64,000 bases of DNA from Bacilli bacterium (GCA_017934595.1 JAGBJG010000002.1:1846-65845); one strand, 5' to 3'. Positions 17,665 through 28,762 are shown, counted from the first letter of the stretch. The notes: a model not told the origin generated them from the letters alone. Program-made: numbers and translations.

Positions 17665-18108
17665 TTAAATCACCTCTGCTTTTCCACCTAGTTTTTCTAT
17701 TTGTTCAGCAGCTTTAGCTGAAAATTTGTGAGCTTTAACAATTACTTTTTTCTCTAAAGTACCGTTACCTAATACTTTGATACCAGATAATTGATTTTTA
17801 ACTAAGCCCATTTCTTTTAATAATTCTGGAGTAATAACTGCTCCATCTTCAAATCTGTTTAAATCAGTCATGTTAATTACAGCATATTCAACTTTGAAAC
17901 GTGCGTTTGTGAAACCTCTTTTAGGAAGTCTTCTGTATAAAGGTAATTGTCCACCTTCGAATACAGCTCTTACTCCGCCGCCGCTTCTAGCGTTTTGTCC
18001 TTTATGTCCTTTACCACTTGTTTTACCGTGACCAGAACTAGTACCACGTCCTAATCTCTTAGTAGCGTGTGTAGCCCCTTCGTTAGCATGTAAATTATAT
18101 AATTTCAT
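17665..18108 (-). CDS. rplO: 50S ribosomal protein L15
   Basis: [27 protein letters not shown]. Confidence 0.97.
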   Translation of the reverse strand: MKLYNLHANEGATHATKRLGRGTSSGHGKTSGKGHKGQNARSGGGVRAVFEGGQLPLYRRLPKRGFTNARFKVEYAVINMTDLNRFEDGAVITPELLKEMGLVKNQLSGIKVLGNGTLEKKVIVKAHKFSAKAAEQIEKLGGKAEVI

Positions 18109-18617
18109 TAGATAATCTCCTCTACTTTCTTACCACGTAATTTTGCAACTTCTTCAACTGTTCTTTGTGATTTTAAAGCATTTAATGTAGCATAAGCCAT
18201 ATTAATCTTTGTGTTTGATCCAAGTGATTTTGATAAGACATCTTTAATACCTGCTAATTCTAATACTGAACGAACAGGTCCACCTGCTTTAACTCCAGTA
18301 CCTTCTTTAGCTGGTTTTAACATAACTTTACTTGCTCCTCTAACTCCTACAGCTTCATGAGGAATAGTTCTTTCGTCTACAATTGAAACTCTACATACAT
18401 TTTTAGTAGCAGCAGCAACTGCTTTTTTAATTGCATCAGGTACTTCATTAGCTTTACCTGTTCCAATTCCTACTTGACCTTTTTTATCTCCAACAGCTAC
18501 AGTAGCAGAGAAACGGAAATGACGACCACCTTTAGTTACTTTTGTAACTCTACCAATATTGATAATTTCTTCTTCGAATTGTTTTGGGCGTGGTTCTCTT
18601 TTTGTAGTTTTTTCCAT
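18108..18617 (-). CDS. rpsE: 30S ribosomal protein S5
   Basis: [26 protein letters not shown]. Its stop overlaps the rplO start (TAATG). Confidence 0.97.
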   Translation of the reverse strand: MEKTTKREPRPKQFEEEIINIGRVTKVTKGGRHFRFSATVAVGDKKGQVGIGTGKANEVPDAIKKAVAAATKNVCRVSIVDERTIPHEAVGVRGASKVMLKPAKEGTGVKAGGPVRSVLELAGIKDVLSKSLGSNTKINMAYATLNALKSQRTVEEVAKLRGKKVEEII

Positions 18618-18628
18618 ACTTTCCCTCC

Positions 18629-18991
18629 TTAGAATTCTAGTCCATTTTCACGTGCAGCAGTAGCTAATGCTTCTACACGTCCATGATATTGGTATCCACC
18701 TCTATCAAATACGACTTTTGTAATTTTTGCTTTTTTAGCTCTTTTAGCAAGTAATTCACCGACTTTAGTAGCAGCTTCTACATTTCCTCCATTTTTAAGT
18801 TTTAATTCTTTGTCAATAGAAGAAGCACTAACTAAAGTAACAGCTTTTTCATCATCTATAATTTGAGCAAAAATGTTACCATTAGATCTGAAAACATTTA
18901 ATCTAGGTGTTGCACTAGTACCAAATACTTTTTCTCTAACACGTGCATGTTTTGCTTGACGCATTTCATTGCGTGATTCTTTCTTTATCAT
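18629..18991 (-). CDS. rplR: 50S ribosomal protein L18
   Basis: [18 protein letters not shown] ... [19 protein letters not shown]. Confidence 0.97.
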   Translation of the reverse strand: MIKKESRNEMRQAKHARVREKVFGTSATPRLNVFRSNGNIFAQIIDDEKAVTLVSASSIDKELKLKNGGNVEAATKVGELLAKRAKKAKITKVVFDRGGYQYHGRVEALATAARENGLEF

Positions 18992-19009
18992 GAATAGCTC
19001 TCCTTCCTA

Positions 19010-19543
19010 TTATTTAGAAGCTTTCTTACCAACCTTACGGATAATGTGTTCATCAGTATAACGAATACCTTTTCCTTTGTAAGGTTCTGGTTCTCTTACT
19101 TTTCTTATTTTTGCAGCAAATTCACCGACTAATTGTTTGTCGATTCCTTTTACTAATAATTCAGTATTACTTGGACATTCCAAAGTAATTCCTTCTGGTG
19201 TTACCATTTCTACGTGATGAGAATAACCAGCAGCGATATCTAAATCTTTACCTTTTAAAGCAAATTTATAACCAACACCTACTGCCTCTAATTTTTTCTC
19301 ATAACCTTCAGTTACACCTTTAATCATGTTGTTAATGTTAGCGTTAGCAGTTCCATGGAAATTTTTATATAAATCACTATCTCTAGAAATTTTTAATTCA
19401 TTTCCATTAACTTCAACCTTAATGTGTTTATTAATTTCAGTAGAAAGTTCACCTTTTGGACCCTTAACACTAACTACATTACCTTCAGTTGTAACAGTTA
19501 CGCCTGCAGGTATTGTTAATATTCTATTTCCAATACGACTCAT
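19010..19543 (-). CDS. rplF: 50S ribosomal protein L6
   Basis: MSRIGNRILTIPAGVTV ... EPYKGKGIRY. Confidence 0.97.
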   Translation of the reverse strand: MSRIGNRILTIPAGVTVTTEGNVVSVKGPKGELSTEINKHIKVEVNGNELKISRDSDLYKNFHGTANANINNMIKGVTEGYEKKLEAVGVGYKFALKGKDLDIAAGYSHHVEMVTPEGITLECPSNTELLVKGIDKQLVGEFAAKIRKVREPEPYKGKGIRYTDEHIIRKVGKKASK

Positions 19544-19556
19544 AATATCTTCCTTT

Positions 19557-19952
19557 CTACCAAATGTATGCTAATACTTCTCCACCTAAAGAGTTCTTTC
19601 TAGCATTCTTATCAGTCATAATTCCTTTAGATGTAGAAATTACAGCGATACCTAAACCATTTAAAACTCTTGGTAGTTCTTCAGCTTTAACATATACACG
19701 TAATCCTGGTTTAGAAATTCTCTTTAATCCAGTAATTACTCTTTCTTTCTTTTCACCATATTTTAGTGTTAAAACTATAATATCTTGTGGTTTATTTTTA
19801 TTAATTTTATAATCAGCTATGAATCCTTCTTCTTTTAAGATTTTAGCGATTTCTACTTTAGTTTTTGAAGCGGGTACTTCAACTTCTTTATATCGCATTT
19901 GATTAGCGTTACGAATTCTTGTAAGCATATCTGCGATTGGATCTGTTACCAT
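19557..19952 (-). CDS. rpsH: 30S ribosomal protein S8
   Basis: [17 protein letters not shown] ... GGEVLAYIW. Confidence 0.97.
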   Translation of the reverse strand: MVTDPIADMLTRIRNANQMRYKEVEVPASKTKVEIAKILKEEGFIADYKINKNKPQDIIVLTLKYGEKKERVITGLKRISKPGLRVYVKAEELPRVLNGLGIAVISTSKGIMTDKNARKNSLGGEVLAYIW

Positions 19953-19970
19953 ATATATCCTCCCTTCATC

Positions 19971-20156
19971 CTACCAGCTTGATTTTTTAAATCCTGGTAT
20001 TTGTCCTTTATAAGCTAGTTCTCTAAAGCAAATACGGCAGATACCATATTTACTAAGTACAGCGTGTGGTCTACCACATCTTTGACAACGTGTATACTCA
20101 CGTACTTTAAATTTAGGTTTACGACTAGCTTTAATTATCATACTTTTCTTAGCCAT
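19971..20156 (-). CDS. rpsN: 30S ribosomal protein S14, zinc-binding type Z
   Basis: 61 aa with [10 protein letters not shown]...CRICFRE. Confidence 0.96.
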   Translation of the reverse strand: MAKKSMIIKASRKPKFKVREYTRCQRCGRPHAVLSKYGICRICFRELAYKGQIPGFKKSSW

Positions 20157-20174
20157 ATTTTCCTCCTAATTTCG

Positions 20175-20714
20175 TTATTTCTTAAATGGCATACCGAAAC
20201 CCTTTAAAAGATCATACGCTTCTTCGTTAGTTTTTGCTGTTGTAACAAATACTATATCCATACCACGTACTTTTACGACATCATCGTATACAATTTCTGA
20301 GAAAATTAATTGTTCATTTAATCCTAATGTATAGTTTCCTCTTCCATCAAATGATTTATTAGAGATACCTCTGAAGTCTCTTACACGAGGTAATGTAATA
20401 CTAATTAGTTTATCTAAGAAGTTATACATATTTTCACCTCTTAAAGTAACTTTGCATCCGATAGCTTGACCTTCTCTGATTTTGAAACCAGCGATAGCTT
20501 TCTTAGCTTTAGTTACAACTGGTTGTTGACCTGAAATTAATTTTAAGTCATGTACAGCAGCTTCTAATAATTTAGCATTTGAAGCACCATCACCAACACC
20601 CATGTTGATAACAATTTTATCTAATTTTGGAACTTCCATTTTACTTTTGTATGAGTATTTACTCATTAATTCATTTACGATTTCGTTATTATATTTTTCT
20701 TTTAGGCGGTTCAT
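20175..20714 (-). CDS. rplE: 50S ribosomal protein L5
   Basis: [13 protein letters not shown] ... [20 protein letters not shown]. Confidence 0.97.
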   Translation of the reverse strand: MNRLKEKYNNEIVNELMSKYSYKSKMEVPKLDKIVINMGVGDGASNAKLLEAAVHDLKLISGQQPVVTKAKKAIAGFKIREGQAIGCKVTLRGENMYNFLDKLISITLPRVRDFRGISNKSFDGRGNYTLGLNEQLIFSEIVYDDVVKVRGMDIVFVTTAKTNEEAYDLLKGFGMPFKK

Positions 20715-20731
20715 ATATACCCTCCTTCCAA

Positions 20732-21040
20732 TTAATCAAGATTCTCATTAGATTTTCTTGCGATTCTAATTTTTTTACCTTTTTTATCAGTAGAATGTCC
20801 TACTCTGGTACCCTTATTAGTTTTTGGGTCAATTATCATAACATTAGATGCATTAATAGGCGCTTCCATATCAATGATACTTCCAGCGTTTTGTCCATTT
20901 GGTTTAACATGTTTTTTTATCATGTTGATACCTTCAACGATAACCTTATTTTCTGCTCTTAAAGTTTTGATTATTTTACCTTGTTTACCTTTGTCTTTAC
21001 CAGTAATAACAACTACTTTATCTCCAGTTTTTAAGTTCAT
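20732..21040 (-). CDS. rplX: 50S ribosomal protein L24
   Basis: [23 protein letters not shown]. Start moved to ATG 21040 (GGAGGGTGA RBS). Confidence 0.96.
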   Translation of the reverse strand: MNLKTGDKVVVITGKDKGKQGKIIKTLRAENKVIVEGINMIKKHVKPNGQNAGSIIDMEAPINASNVMIIDPKTNKGTRVGHSTDKKGKKIRIARKSNENLD

Positions 21041-21055
21041 AATCTCACCCTCCAA

Positions 21056-21424
21056 CTATAGTACTTCCTTAGCAAGTGAAACGATCTTCATAAAATCTTT
21101 ATCACGTAATTCTCTTGCTACTGGTCCAAATACACGAGTTCCGATTGGACTTTTATCATCTTTGATTAATACACAAGCATTGTCATCAAATTTAATGTAA
21201 GATCCATCTTCTCTTTTTAGACCAAATTTACTTCTTACCACTACAGCTTTCACAACTTTTCCCTTGCCAACTGTACCAGTAGGAGTAGCTTTTTTTACAG
21301 TTACAACAACTGTATCACCAATATTTCCGAATTTTCTTTTGCTTCCACCCATTACACGGATTACTGAAACTTCACGTGCACCTGAGTTATCTGCAACTTT
21401 TAAACGACTTTCTTGTTGAATCAT
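21056..21424 (-). CDS. rplN: 50S ribosomal protein L14
   Basis: [19 protein letters not shown]. Confidence 0.98.
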   Translation of the reverse strand: MIQQESRLKVADNSGAREVSVIRVMGGSKRKFGNIGDTVVVTVKKATPTGTVGKGKVVKAVVVRSKFGLKREDGSYIKFDDNACVLIKDDKSPIGTRVFGPVARELRDKDFMKIVSLAKEVL

Positions 21425-21450
21425 ATTAATCCTCCTTTACTTGTTAGCAA

Positions 21451-21708
21451 CTATAGAATAATTGCTTTTTCTACTACTTTTACTAAACGGAAATGTTTAG
21501 TTTTTGATAGTGGTCTAGTCTCAGCGATAACTACTGTATCACCAACACCAGCTACATTATTCTCATCATGTGCTGCATATTTTTTTGAATATTTAACACG
21601 TTTATGATATTTACTATCATTTACATATGTTTCTACTAAAACTGTTATAGTTTTATCATTTTTTGCACTTACAACTTTTCCTGTTAATTCTTGTCTTCTA
21701 GTTTCCAT
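21451..21708 (-). CDS. rpsQ: 30S ribosomal protein S17
   Basis: [20 protein letters not shown] ... [25 protein letters not shown]. Confidence 0.97.
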   Translation of the reverse strand: METRRQELTGKVVSAKNDKTITVLVETYVNDSKYHKRVKYSKKYAAHDENNVAGVGDTVVIAETRPLSKTKHFRLVKVVEKAIIL

Positions 21709-21717
21709 ATTAACCTC

Positions 21718-21912
21718 CTACTTATTTAGTTCTCTCTCACGAAGAATAGTCTTCATACGAGCAACTAGCTTTCTTAATTCATTAATTCTTGAAGGTTTTT
21801 CTAAACTCCCAGAAGCTTGACTAAGACGTAGGTTAAATAATTCAGCCTTAGATTCATCAATTTTCTTAACTAATTCTTCATTAGATAATTTTCTGATTTC
21901 TTCATTAGTCAT
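21718..21912 (-). CDS. rpmC: 50S ribosomal protein L29
   Basis: [29 protein letters not shown]. Start moved to ATG 21912. Confidence 0.95.
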   Translation of the reverse strand: MTNEEIRKLSNEELVKKIDESKAELFNLRLSQASGSLEKPSRINELRKLVARMKTILRERELNK

Positions 21913-22330
21913 TAGTCTCACTCTCCTTCTTTACAAATTTACATCTAATAGGAAGTTTATGCATAGCAAGTCTAAGTGCTTCACGTGCTATATCTTCTGT
22001 AACCCCATCGATTTCAAACATGATTTTACCTTTTTTAACAACTGCAACCCAAACTTCTGGTTGACCTTTACCTTTACCCATACGAGTTTCTAGAGGTACT
22101 TTAGTTAATGATAAGTGAGGGAAAATATTAATCCATACTTTTCCACCACGTTTCATGTAACGTGTCATAGCAACACGGGCTGCTTCAATTTGTTGTTGTG
22201 TAATCCATGCACCTTCTAATGCTTGTAAACCATAACTACCGAAATGTAATTCAGTATTTCCTTTAGCTTTACCATCATAAGGTAGTCTATGAGGACGACG
22301 ATACTTAGTTCTTTTTGGAATTACTGCCAT
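21905..22330 (-). CDS. rplP: 50S ribosomal protein L16
   Basis: [11 protein letters not shown] ... [19 protein letters not shown]. Confidence 0.97.
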   Translation of the reverse strand: MAVIPKRTKYRRPHRLPYDGKAKGNTELHFGSYGLQALEGAWITQQQIEAARVAMTRYMKRGGKVWINIFPHLSLTKVPLETRMGKGKGQPEVWVAVVKKGKIMFEIDGVTEDIAREALRLAMHKLPIRCKFVKKESETND

Positions 22331-22982
22331 CTACATTACCTCCCTTATTTTTACTTGGAAGGATTTCACCTTTATAAATCCATACTTTAACACCAATCTT
22401 ACCATAAGTAGTATCAGCTTCTTTATGAGCATAATCAATATCAGCTCTTAAAGTATGTAGAGGAATCATTCCCTCAGTATATCCTTCTGTTCTTGCCATA
22501 TCAGCTCCGCCTAAACGTCCTGATACAGATGTTTTAATACCCTTAGCTCCAGCCTTCATTGTATTTCTGATTGCTTTCTTTTGAGCAACTCTGAATGAAA
22601 CACGATTTTCAATTTGGTGAGCTATATTTTCAGCTACTAAAGCTGCTACCATGTCAGGGTTCTTAACTTCCATGATAGATATTTCAACGTTTTCATCAAC
22701 TAATTTTGATAATTCTTTTTTAATCTTTTCAATTTCTTCACCACTGTGACCAATTACAACACCAGGTTTAGCTGTGTTAATAATTACATTAGTCTTCTTA
22801 GCAGTTCTTTCAATTAGTATACTTGAAACAGATGCGTCTTTTAATTTCTTTTCTAAAAATCTACGGATCTTAACATCATTATTTAAGTATTTAGCAAAAT
22901 CTTTATTGCCAGCATACCATTTTGATTCCCAAGTTTTATTTATTCCAATTCTCATTCCTATTGGACTAACTTTTTGACCCAT
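22305..22982 (-). CDS. rpsC: 30S ribosomal protein S3
   Basis: [24 protein letters not shown]. The 3' end overlaps rplP by 26 nt. Confidence 0.97.
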   Translation of the reverse strand: MGQKVSPIGMRIGINKTWESKWYAGNKDFAKYLNNDVKIRRFLEKKLKDASVSSILIERTAKKTNVIINTAKPGVVIGHSGEEIEKIKKELSKLVDENVEISIMEVKNPDMVAALVAENIAHQIENRVSFRVAQKKAIRNTMKAGAKGIKTSVSGRLGGADMARTEGYTEGMIPLHTLRADIDYAHKEADTTYGKIGVKVWIYKGEILPSKNKGGNVDGSNSKKN

Positions 22983-23004
22983 CAGTTTACCTCCTTTGCA
23001 TTAA

Positions 23005-23337
23005 TTATTTTTCGCTTACCTTAACAGTAATATGACTTGTTCTCTTTTTAATTGGATCTACATGTCCACGAGAACCAAATTTCATTCTTTTTAGTACAAC
23101 GCCTTCATTAGCGTATGCTTCAGAAACAATTAAGTTTTCACGTTTTAAACCTAAATTGTTTTCTGCATTAGCGATAGCTGAATCTAATACTTTAATAGTA
23201 TATCTTGCAGCGTCACTATTATAATTATTTAATATGTTACGAGCTTCAACAACACTCTTACCACGTATTAAATCAATAACTAAACGAGCTTTTCTAGGTG
23301 AAATTCTAACACCTTTTGCAATTGCATATGCTTCCAT
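23005..23337 (-). CDS. rplV: 50S ribosomal protein L22
   Basis: [21 protein letters not shown]. Confidence 0.97.
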   Translation of the reverse strand: MEAYAIAKGVRISPRKARLVIDLIRGKSVVEARNILNNYNSDAARYTIKVLDSAIANAENNLGLKRENLIVSEAYANEGVVLKRMKFGSRGHVDPIKKRTSHITVKVSEK

Positions 23338-23363
23338 TTTAGTCCTCCTTCCTGATCTCTATC

Positions 23364-23630
23364 TTATTTCTTATCTTCGCCATGACCACCGAATTTACGT
23401 GTCAAAGCAAATTCACCTAATTTATGTCCAACCATATCTTCTGTAACATAAACAGGGATAAATTCTTTACCATTATGAACAGCAAATGTATGTCCGATAA
23501 AGTCAGGATAAATTGTTGAACGTCTAGACCATGTCTTAATTACTTCATTCTTACCAGATTCTTTAACATTTTTTACCTTTTTCATTAAATGTGCATCAAT
23601 GAAAGGTAATTTCTTACTACTTCTAGCCAT
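23364..23630 (-). CDS. rpsS: 30S ribosomal protein S19
   Basis: [44 protein letters not shown]. Confidence 0.98.
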   Translation of the reverse strand: MARSSKKLPFIDAHLMKKVKNVKESGKNEVIKTWSRRSTIYPDFIGHTFAVHNGKEFIPVYVTEDMVGHKLGEFALTRKFGGHGEDKK

Positions 23631-23647
23631 TATTTAATCATCCTTTC

Positions 23648-24478
23648 CTATTTATTACGTCTACGAACAATTAACTTGTTACTAGCTTTTTTGCTGTCAC
23701 GAGTTTTATGTCCTAAAGCAGGTTTACCCCATGGAGTAACTGGTCCTTTACGTCCAACTGGAGCTCTACCTTCACCACCACCATGTGGATGGTCATTAGG
23801 GTTCATAACAGAACCACGAACTGTAGGTCTAATACCCATATGTCTTTTTGTACCAGCTTTACCAACTTTAACTAATTCATGATCGGCATTTCCTACTTCA
23901 CCTATAGTAGCTCTACAAGCGCTTAATACTTTTCTAACTTCACCACTTTGAAGTCTTAATAAAGTATATCTTCCTTCATGTCCTAATATTTGAACACTTG
24001 AACCTGCAGAACGAGCCATTTGTGCTCCCTTACCAGGCATTAATTCAACATTGTGAACCATTGTACCTTCAGGTATATTACCAAGCATTAATGAATTACC
24101 AACAATTATATCTGTTGCATCTCCACTAACAACTTTTCCTCCAACTTGTAAACCTTTTGGAGCGATGATATATCTTTTTTCACCATCTGCATAAGTAATT
24201 AAAGCAATGTTAGCTGTTCTATTAGGATCGTATTCGATAGCAGTTACTGTTCCAACAATACCGTCTTTATTTCTTTTGAAATCAATAATACGATATTTTC
24301 TTTTTTCACCACCACCATGATGACGTACGGTAATTCTACCTTGGTTATTACGTCCACCATTTTTCTTTAGTGTAACAACTAATGATTTTTCTGGAGTAGT
24401 CTTAGTTATTTCGTCATTAACGATAACTGACATATTCCTTTGACCATTAGTCATTGGTTTATATGTTTTTATTGCCAT
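23648..24478 (-). CDS. rplB: 50S ribosomal protein L2
   Basis: [14 protein letters not shown] ... [19 protein letters not shown]. Confidence 0.98.
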   Translation of the reverse strand: MAIKTYKPMTNGQRNMSVIVNDEITKTTPEKSLVVTLKKNGGRNNQGRITVRHHGGGEKRKYRIIDFKRNKDGIVGTVTAIEYDPNRTANIALITYADGEKRYIIAPKGLQVGGKVVSGDATDIIVGNSLMLGNIPEGTMVHNVELMPGKGAQMARSAGSSVQILGHEGRYTLLRLQSGEVRKVLSACRATIGEVGNADHELVKVGKAGTKRHMGIRPTVRGSVMNPNDHPHGGGEGRAPVGRKGPVTPWGKPALGHKTRDSKKASNKLIVRRRNK

Positions 24479-24496
24479 AATATCCTCCTTTTAAGA

Positions 24497-24775
24497 TTAT
24501 AGTTCGATTGAACTACCTTCACTTAATTTAACAATTGCTTTTTTAACTTTATTTGTTTTTCCAACATAACGACCAACTCTTTTTTTCTTTGGTCTAACAT
24601 TTACAGTATTTACTGATTCAACTTTAACATTGAATAATTTTTCTACTGCTTGTTTAATTTCAGTTTTGTTAGCTTTTGTATCAACACTAAATGTAATAGT
24701 ATTTCCTTCTTGAGCTAACTTAGCACTTTTCTCAGTTACGATTGGTGCTTTTATGATATCTCTATAATTATTCAT
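24497..24775 (-). CDS. rplW: 50S ribosomal protein L23
   Basis: [24 protein letters not shown]; between rplD and rplB. Confidence 0.96.
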   Translation of the reverse strand: MNNYRDIIKAPIVTEKSAKLAQEGNTITFSVDTKANKTEIKQAVEKLFNVKVESVNTVNVRPKKKRVGRYVGKTNKVKKAIVKLSEGSSIEL

Positions 24776-25400
24776 AGTTTAGCACCTCCTCAATAGCTTT
24801 AGCTGCATCTTTAGTAACTACCATCTTATCAGCAGAGATAATATCTAATACATTGATTTCATCAGCTGTTAATAAAATTACGTTTCTAAAGTTACGACTA
24901 GCTAAAACTAAATTTTCATCTAATTCTTTAACTACGATTAAGATATTTTTATCTAATTTTAAATTAGACATTAAATCTTTAAATTCTTTTGTTTTGTTAC
25001 TTGTTAATTTAATATCATCAACTACAATTAGTTCTGATTCAATTACTTTGTAAGATAAAACAGATTTTAAAGCTAAAACTCTTTCTTTTCTGTTTTGTTT
25101 TTGAGTGTAGTTTCTATTTGCATGTGGTCCAAATACTACTCCACCATGATACCAATGTGGTGCTCTTGTACTACCTTGTCTAGCACGTCCAGTACCTTTT
25201 TGTCTCCATGGTTTTGCTCCACCACCAGATACTTCACTACGAGTTTTTGTTTCAGCTGTTCCTTGTCTTTCTGCATTACGAGCAAGTCTTACTGCATCAT
25301 AGATAACAGCATCGTTTGGTTCAATTCCCCAAACTTTTTCATTTAATGTTATATCGCTTGTTTTTTCTCCCTTAATATTTAATACATTAATCTTTTTCAT
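24768..25400 (-). CDS. rplD: 50S ribosomal protein L4
   Basis: [26 protein letters not shown]. Start moved to ATG 25400 (AGGAGG RBS). Confidence 0.96.
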   Translation of the reverse strand: MKKINVLNIKGEKTSDITLNEKVWGIEPNDAVIYDAVRLARNAERQGTAETKTRSEVSGGGAKPWRQKGTGRARQGSTRAPHWYHGGVVFGPHANRNYTQKQNRKERVLALKSVLSYKVIESELIVVDDIKLTSNKTKEFKDLMSNLKLDKNILIVVKELDENLVLASRNFRNVILLTADEINVLDIISADKMVVTKDAAKAIEEVLNYE

Positions 25401-25410
25401 GTTGTACCTC

Positions 25411-26196
25411 CTATTCAGCACTTTCTTCTGTAGTAGCTTCTTCAGCAGTTTCTACTGTTTCTTCTGCTACAGTTTCTTCTACAGTTTCAGCTACTTCTGT
25501 AACATCTTCTGTATTTTCAATTACTTCGTTTGATACATAAGTAATTAATTCTTCTCTAGGATTTACTTTATTAGGGTTTTTAACAGCGGATTTAATAACA
25601 ACTAATGCATTTTTAGCACCAGGAACATTTCCTTTTACTAAAATAACATTATTAGTAAGATCAACATCAACTATTTCTAAGTTTTGAATAGTTACAGTTA
25701 ATACTCCCATGTGTCCAGGTAATTTTTTACCTTTGAATACACGCATTGGTCTCATTGTTCCCATTGAACCTGGTTTTCTATGATAATGTGAACCATGTCC
25801 CATAGGACCTCTATTATTTCCATGACGTTTAACAACACCTTGGAAACCTTTACCTTTTGTAGTTCCAGTTACGTCTACAACTTCTCCTGGAGTAAAGATA
25901 TCTGCCTTAACTTCTTGTCCTAAAGCATAATCCTTAATATCTACACCTCTAATTTCTTTAAAGAAGCGCTTAGGTGTAGTTTTCGCTTTATTAGTAATTC
26001 CTAATGAAGCTTTTGTCGCTAACTTTTCACGCTTAGTATCGAAACCTAATTGAATAGCTTCGTAACCATCATTTTCAATTGTCTTAATTTGTGTTACAAC
26101 ATTTGGTTCAACTGAAATAACAGTTACTGGAGTTAATTTACCAGATTTGCTAAATACTTGCGTCATTCCAATCTTACGACCTAAGATTCCTTTCAT
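25411..26196 (-). CDS. rplC: 50S ribosomal protein L3 with acidic C-terminal extension
   Basis: [15 protein letters not shown] ... [12 protein letters not shown] core, then about 55 extra residues rich in E/T/V/A ([25 protein letters not shown]). Confidence 0.95.
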   Translation of the reverse strand: MKGILGRKIGMTQVFSKSGKLTPVTVISVEPNVVTQIKTIENDGYEAIQLGFDTKREKLATKASLGITNKAKTTPKRFFKEIRGVDIKDYALGQEVKADIFTPGEVVDVTGTTKGKGFQGVVKRHGNNRGPMGHGSHYHRKPGSMGTMRPMRVFKGKKLPGHMGVLTVTIQNLEIVDVDLTNNVILVKGNVPGAKNALVVIKSAVKNPNKVNPREELITYVSNEVIENTEDVTEVAETVEETVAEETVETAEEATTEESAE

Positions 26197-26206
26197 ATTC
26201 TACCTC

Positions 26207-26515
26207 CTATAATTTAATTTGAATATCAACACCGCTTGGAATATCAATATGAGTTAATGCCTCAACTGTTTCCTTGCTTGGATTATTGATATCAATAAGT
26301 CTTTTGTGTGTTCTCTTTTCAAATTGTTCACGTGAATCTTTATATTTGTGAACAGCTCTTAAAATAGTTACCTTTTCGATTTCTGTAGGTAGTGGTACTG
26401 GTCCACTAACTGCTCCACCATTTCTCTTAACTGTTTCAACAATTTTAGCACACGCATTGTCTAAGCTCTTATGATCAAAAGCTTTTAATTTGATACGAAC
26501 TTTTGTAGTTGCCAT
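26207..26515 (-). CDS. rpsJ: 30S ribosomal protein S10
   Basis: [14 protein letters not shown] ... SGPVPLPT; first gene of the cluster. Confidence 0.98.
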   Translation of the reverse strand: MATTKVRIKLKAFDHKSLDNACAKIVETVKRNGGAVSGPVPLPTEIEKVTILRAVHKYKDSREQFEKRTHKRLIDINNPSKETVEALTHIDIPSGVDIQIKL

Positions 26516-26648
26516 TATTGTATCCTCCCTTCGCCTATATCTAGTATAGACTTGCTCCGTGTAAATAACCCGATTGCGCCGTAAAGTTTTTACAACTTAA
26601 CCTGGCGTATCGGCAACCTCACACATCTAAGCATGCCACACGTAATTA
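26516..26648 (-). promoter_or_regulatory. Structured, GC-enriched 5' leader of the S10 operon
   Basis: Nested complementarities in minus-strand RNA: CGUGU...ACACG, CCGAU-A-CGCC...GGCG-CA-AUCGG, AAGUU-GUAAA-AACUU. Confidence 0.45.
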
Positions 26649-26677
26649 ATTATATTACAAAAAGTGTTGGAAATCAA
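26649..26677 (-). promoter_or_regulatory. Sigma-A promoter of the S10 operon
   Basis: TTGATT - 17 nt - TATAAT on the minus strand; the -35 lies in the loop of the upstream terminator. Confidence 0.6.
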
Positions 26678-26686
26678 CACTTTTTT
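26657..26686 (-). terminator. Intrinsic terminator after gene 26703-27986
   Basis: GTGTTG GAAAT CAACAC hairpin flanked by A- and T-runs. Confidence 0.7.
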
Positions 26687-26702
26687 AAACTTTTTTTAAA
26701 TT

Positions 26703-27986
26703 TTACAGCGAGTATACTTTTGCGTCCTCTTCTTCTGTTGTGTCTTCAATAATGTCTTCATCACTTTCATAAACAAATTCAAGGGATAGATCTTCATCGG
26801 CCTCTTCTGTTTCTACATTATCTTCCACTAAGTCTAATTCAAATTCATCATCAATTTGTTCATCAACTAATATTTCATCATCAAGTAATACTTCTATGTT
26901 TTCGTCATCAATCCATTCTAAATTTTCGTCATTTAAAATTTCTACTGGTTGATTAAATATTGATACGCATTTTATTTGTATATAATCTATAGTTACACCA
27001 GACCAACCTGATATATCAATATCTTCTTTAGCACCCAATGATTCCCATTCAACACCATCGATACGTCCTCCACCAAGTCTATGACCATATGGAGTGTAGT
27101 TTCTATCGTTAGGACTTTTAGCATCTGCGATAATACAAGGAATTACTTCACCGTTAGTTAATACTATATCTATATAGTCTCCTACTCTACCAAATGTAGT
27201 AGATACAGCCACTAAATATCTTCCATTGATTGTTGCTATTCCACGGTCTGACGTTCTATCAATAGTATCCCATATATCGGCTACAGCTCTTTGTCCAGTA
27301 TTAGGCATCCATCTATTATAGAAAAATGTATAATTAGTATAATTACGTGATATACCTGTTTGTTTAACTCCTGTAAAATATATTCTATTATCAGAAGTAA
27401 GTACAGCATCAGGATAATCTACTACCACAGGTGAACTAGCTACTGTAGCTTCACTTTCATTATCAACTTGATACATATATGGATCTTCAGGTAATTTACT
27501 TGGTATAAAAGGTACCTCATATATATGACTAGTTGTATCTATAGTACTAGTAGCAAACATTGATGTATCCATTAATGTAGTAATTTCGGGAGATGTTTCT
27601 TCATTAATATTATTAGCAACATACGCCGTAAATCCAGTTAAAACTAACGTTAACGTTCCGGCTGCAGCCAATTTAATAATAGTAGGAAGTTTTTTCATTC
27701 TTTTATAATCTTCTACTTTTTTATGAATTTTAAGTGCAATATCTATATCAATTCTACCTAAAACTTCACTATAGTTTTCTATCTTTAAAGAAAGTGCTTT
27801 ATTTCTAAATGTTGCAAAATTACCTAATTCAATGCAATCATATATAGTTTTAAAGTTCATTTTAGATAGATACGCTAGTCCATATGCAATTTTATCTTGA
27901 TCCACTACATGTGTTGTTTCCTTATCTTCAACTATTTCTAAAACAACATTATCAAGATCATTTATATAATATCTTAGTAATGCCAT
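26703..27986 (-). CDS. Membrane-anchored hypothetical protein with possible DPBB/3D-like domain and acidic tail
   Basis: Single TM (LPTIIKLAAAGTLTLVLTGFTAYVA). The segment GRVGDYIDIVLTNGEVIPCIIADAKS...GGGRIDGVEW resembles RlpA/3D double-psi barrel proteins. D/E-rich C-terminus. Start at ATG 27986 with a GGGGGGAG RBS. Confidence 0.5.
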   Translation of the reverse strand: MALLRYYINDLDNVVLEIVEDKETTHVVDQDKIAYGLAYLSKMNFKTIYDCIELGNFATFRNKALSLKIENYSEVLGRIDIDIALKIHKKVEDYKRMKKLPTIIKLAAAGTLTLVLTGFTAYVANNINEETSPEITTLMDTSMFATSTIDTTSHIYEVPFIPSKLPEDPYMYQVDNESEATVASSPVVVDYPDAVLTSDNRIYFTGVKQTGISRNYTNYTFFYNRWMPNTGQRAVADIWDTIDRTSDRGIATINGRYLVAVSTTFGRVGDYIDIVLTNGEVIPCIIADAKSPNDRNYTPYGHRLGGGRIDGVEWESLGAKEDIDISGWSGVTIDYIQIKCVSIFNQPVEILNDENLEWIDDENIEVLLDDEILVDEQIDDEFELDLVEDNVETEEADEDLSLEFVYESDEDIIEDTTEEEDAKVYSL

Positions 27987-28017
27987 AGTAACTCCCCCCC
28001 TTTTCAAAACTTTTTAT

Positions 28018-28046
28018 ATTTTACTAAATAATATATGTTATGTCAA
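28018..28046 (-). promoter_or_regulatory. Sigma-A-type promoter for 26703-27986
   Basis: TTGACA - 17 nt - TAAAAT on the minus strand. Confidence 0.5.
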
Positions 28047-28049
28047 ATC

Positions 28050-28073
28050 ACAAAAAAAGCGATTAAATCGCTT
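28050..28073 (-). terminator. Intrinsic terminator after rpsR
   Basis: AAGCGAT TAA ATCGCTT hairpin overlapping the stop, followed by a U-run. Confidence 0.7.
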
Positions 28074-28290
28074 ATCTTGTAAATGGAATTAATGCCATAA
28101 AACGTGCTTTTTTAACTTCAGCAGCAATATGTCTTTGATGTTTAGCACAAGCACCAGTAATTCTTCTTGGTAATATTTTATATTTATCACCACTAACATA
28201 TTTTTTGATTACTTCAACATTTTTATAATCTACATCTTTACCAGCACACATTTGGCAAACTTTTTTCTTTTTTCTATAAAATTCAGCCAT
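28072..28290 (-). CDS. rpsR: 30S ribosomal protein S18
   Basis: [33 protein letters not shown]. Confidence 0.97.
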   Translation of the reverse strand: MAEFYRKKKKVCQMCAGKDVDYKNVEVIKKYVSGDKYKILPRRITGACAKHQRHIAAEVKKARFMALIPFTR

Positions 28291-28303
28291 AATTTCCTCC
28301 TTA

Positions 28304-28750
28304 TTAATCTAGGAAGTTATCATCGATTGAAACAGAATCACCATATTCAGCATATGGATCACCTTCTAAATCAATGTCATTGCTTGGAGCATTAAACATT
28401 TCATTAGATGAATCATTTGATTCTGCACCTTGTCCTCTTGAACTTAAGAATTCAACGCGATCGGCACGTACGTCAAATGAAGTTCTTTTGTTTCCATCTT
28501 TATCTGTATAACTTCCAGTTTGGATACTTCCTTCAACGCCTACTAATCTGCCTTTATCTAAATAGTTAGCAACATTTTCAGCTTGTTTTCCCCAAACTAC
28601 AACGTTTATAAAGTCTGTTCCTCTTTCACCTTGAGCATTAGCAAAAGCTCTTGTAATCGCTACAGAGAATCTTGCATATGCCATATTTGAACTTGTATAT
28701 CTAAGTTCTGGTTTTGCAGTTAAACGTCCTACTAATTCAACTTTATTCAT
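28304..28750 (-). CDS. ssb: Single-stranded DNA-binding protein
   Basis: [19 protein letters not shown] ... OB fold, acidic C-terminal tip; flanked by rpsF and rpsR. Confidence 0.95.
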   Translation of the reverse strand: MNKVELVGRLTAKPELRYTSSNMAYARFSVAITRAFANAQGERGTDFINVVVWGKQAENVANYLDKGRLVGVEGSIQTGSYTDKDGNKRTSFDVRADRVEFLSSRGQGAESNDSSNEMFNAPSNDIDLEGDPYAEYGDSVSIDDNFLD

Positions 28751-28762
28751 AAACGCACCTCA

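Noticed and set aside
18644-18659. parS-like sequence ATTTTCACGTGCAGCA. Other CACGTG-centred sites (for example near 26330 and 42885) were also checked.
   Set aside because: Each has four or more mismatches to TGTTNCACGTGNAACA, so they are most likely chance occurrences within coding sequence.
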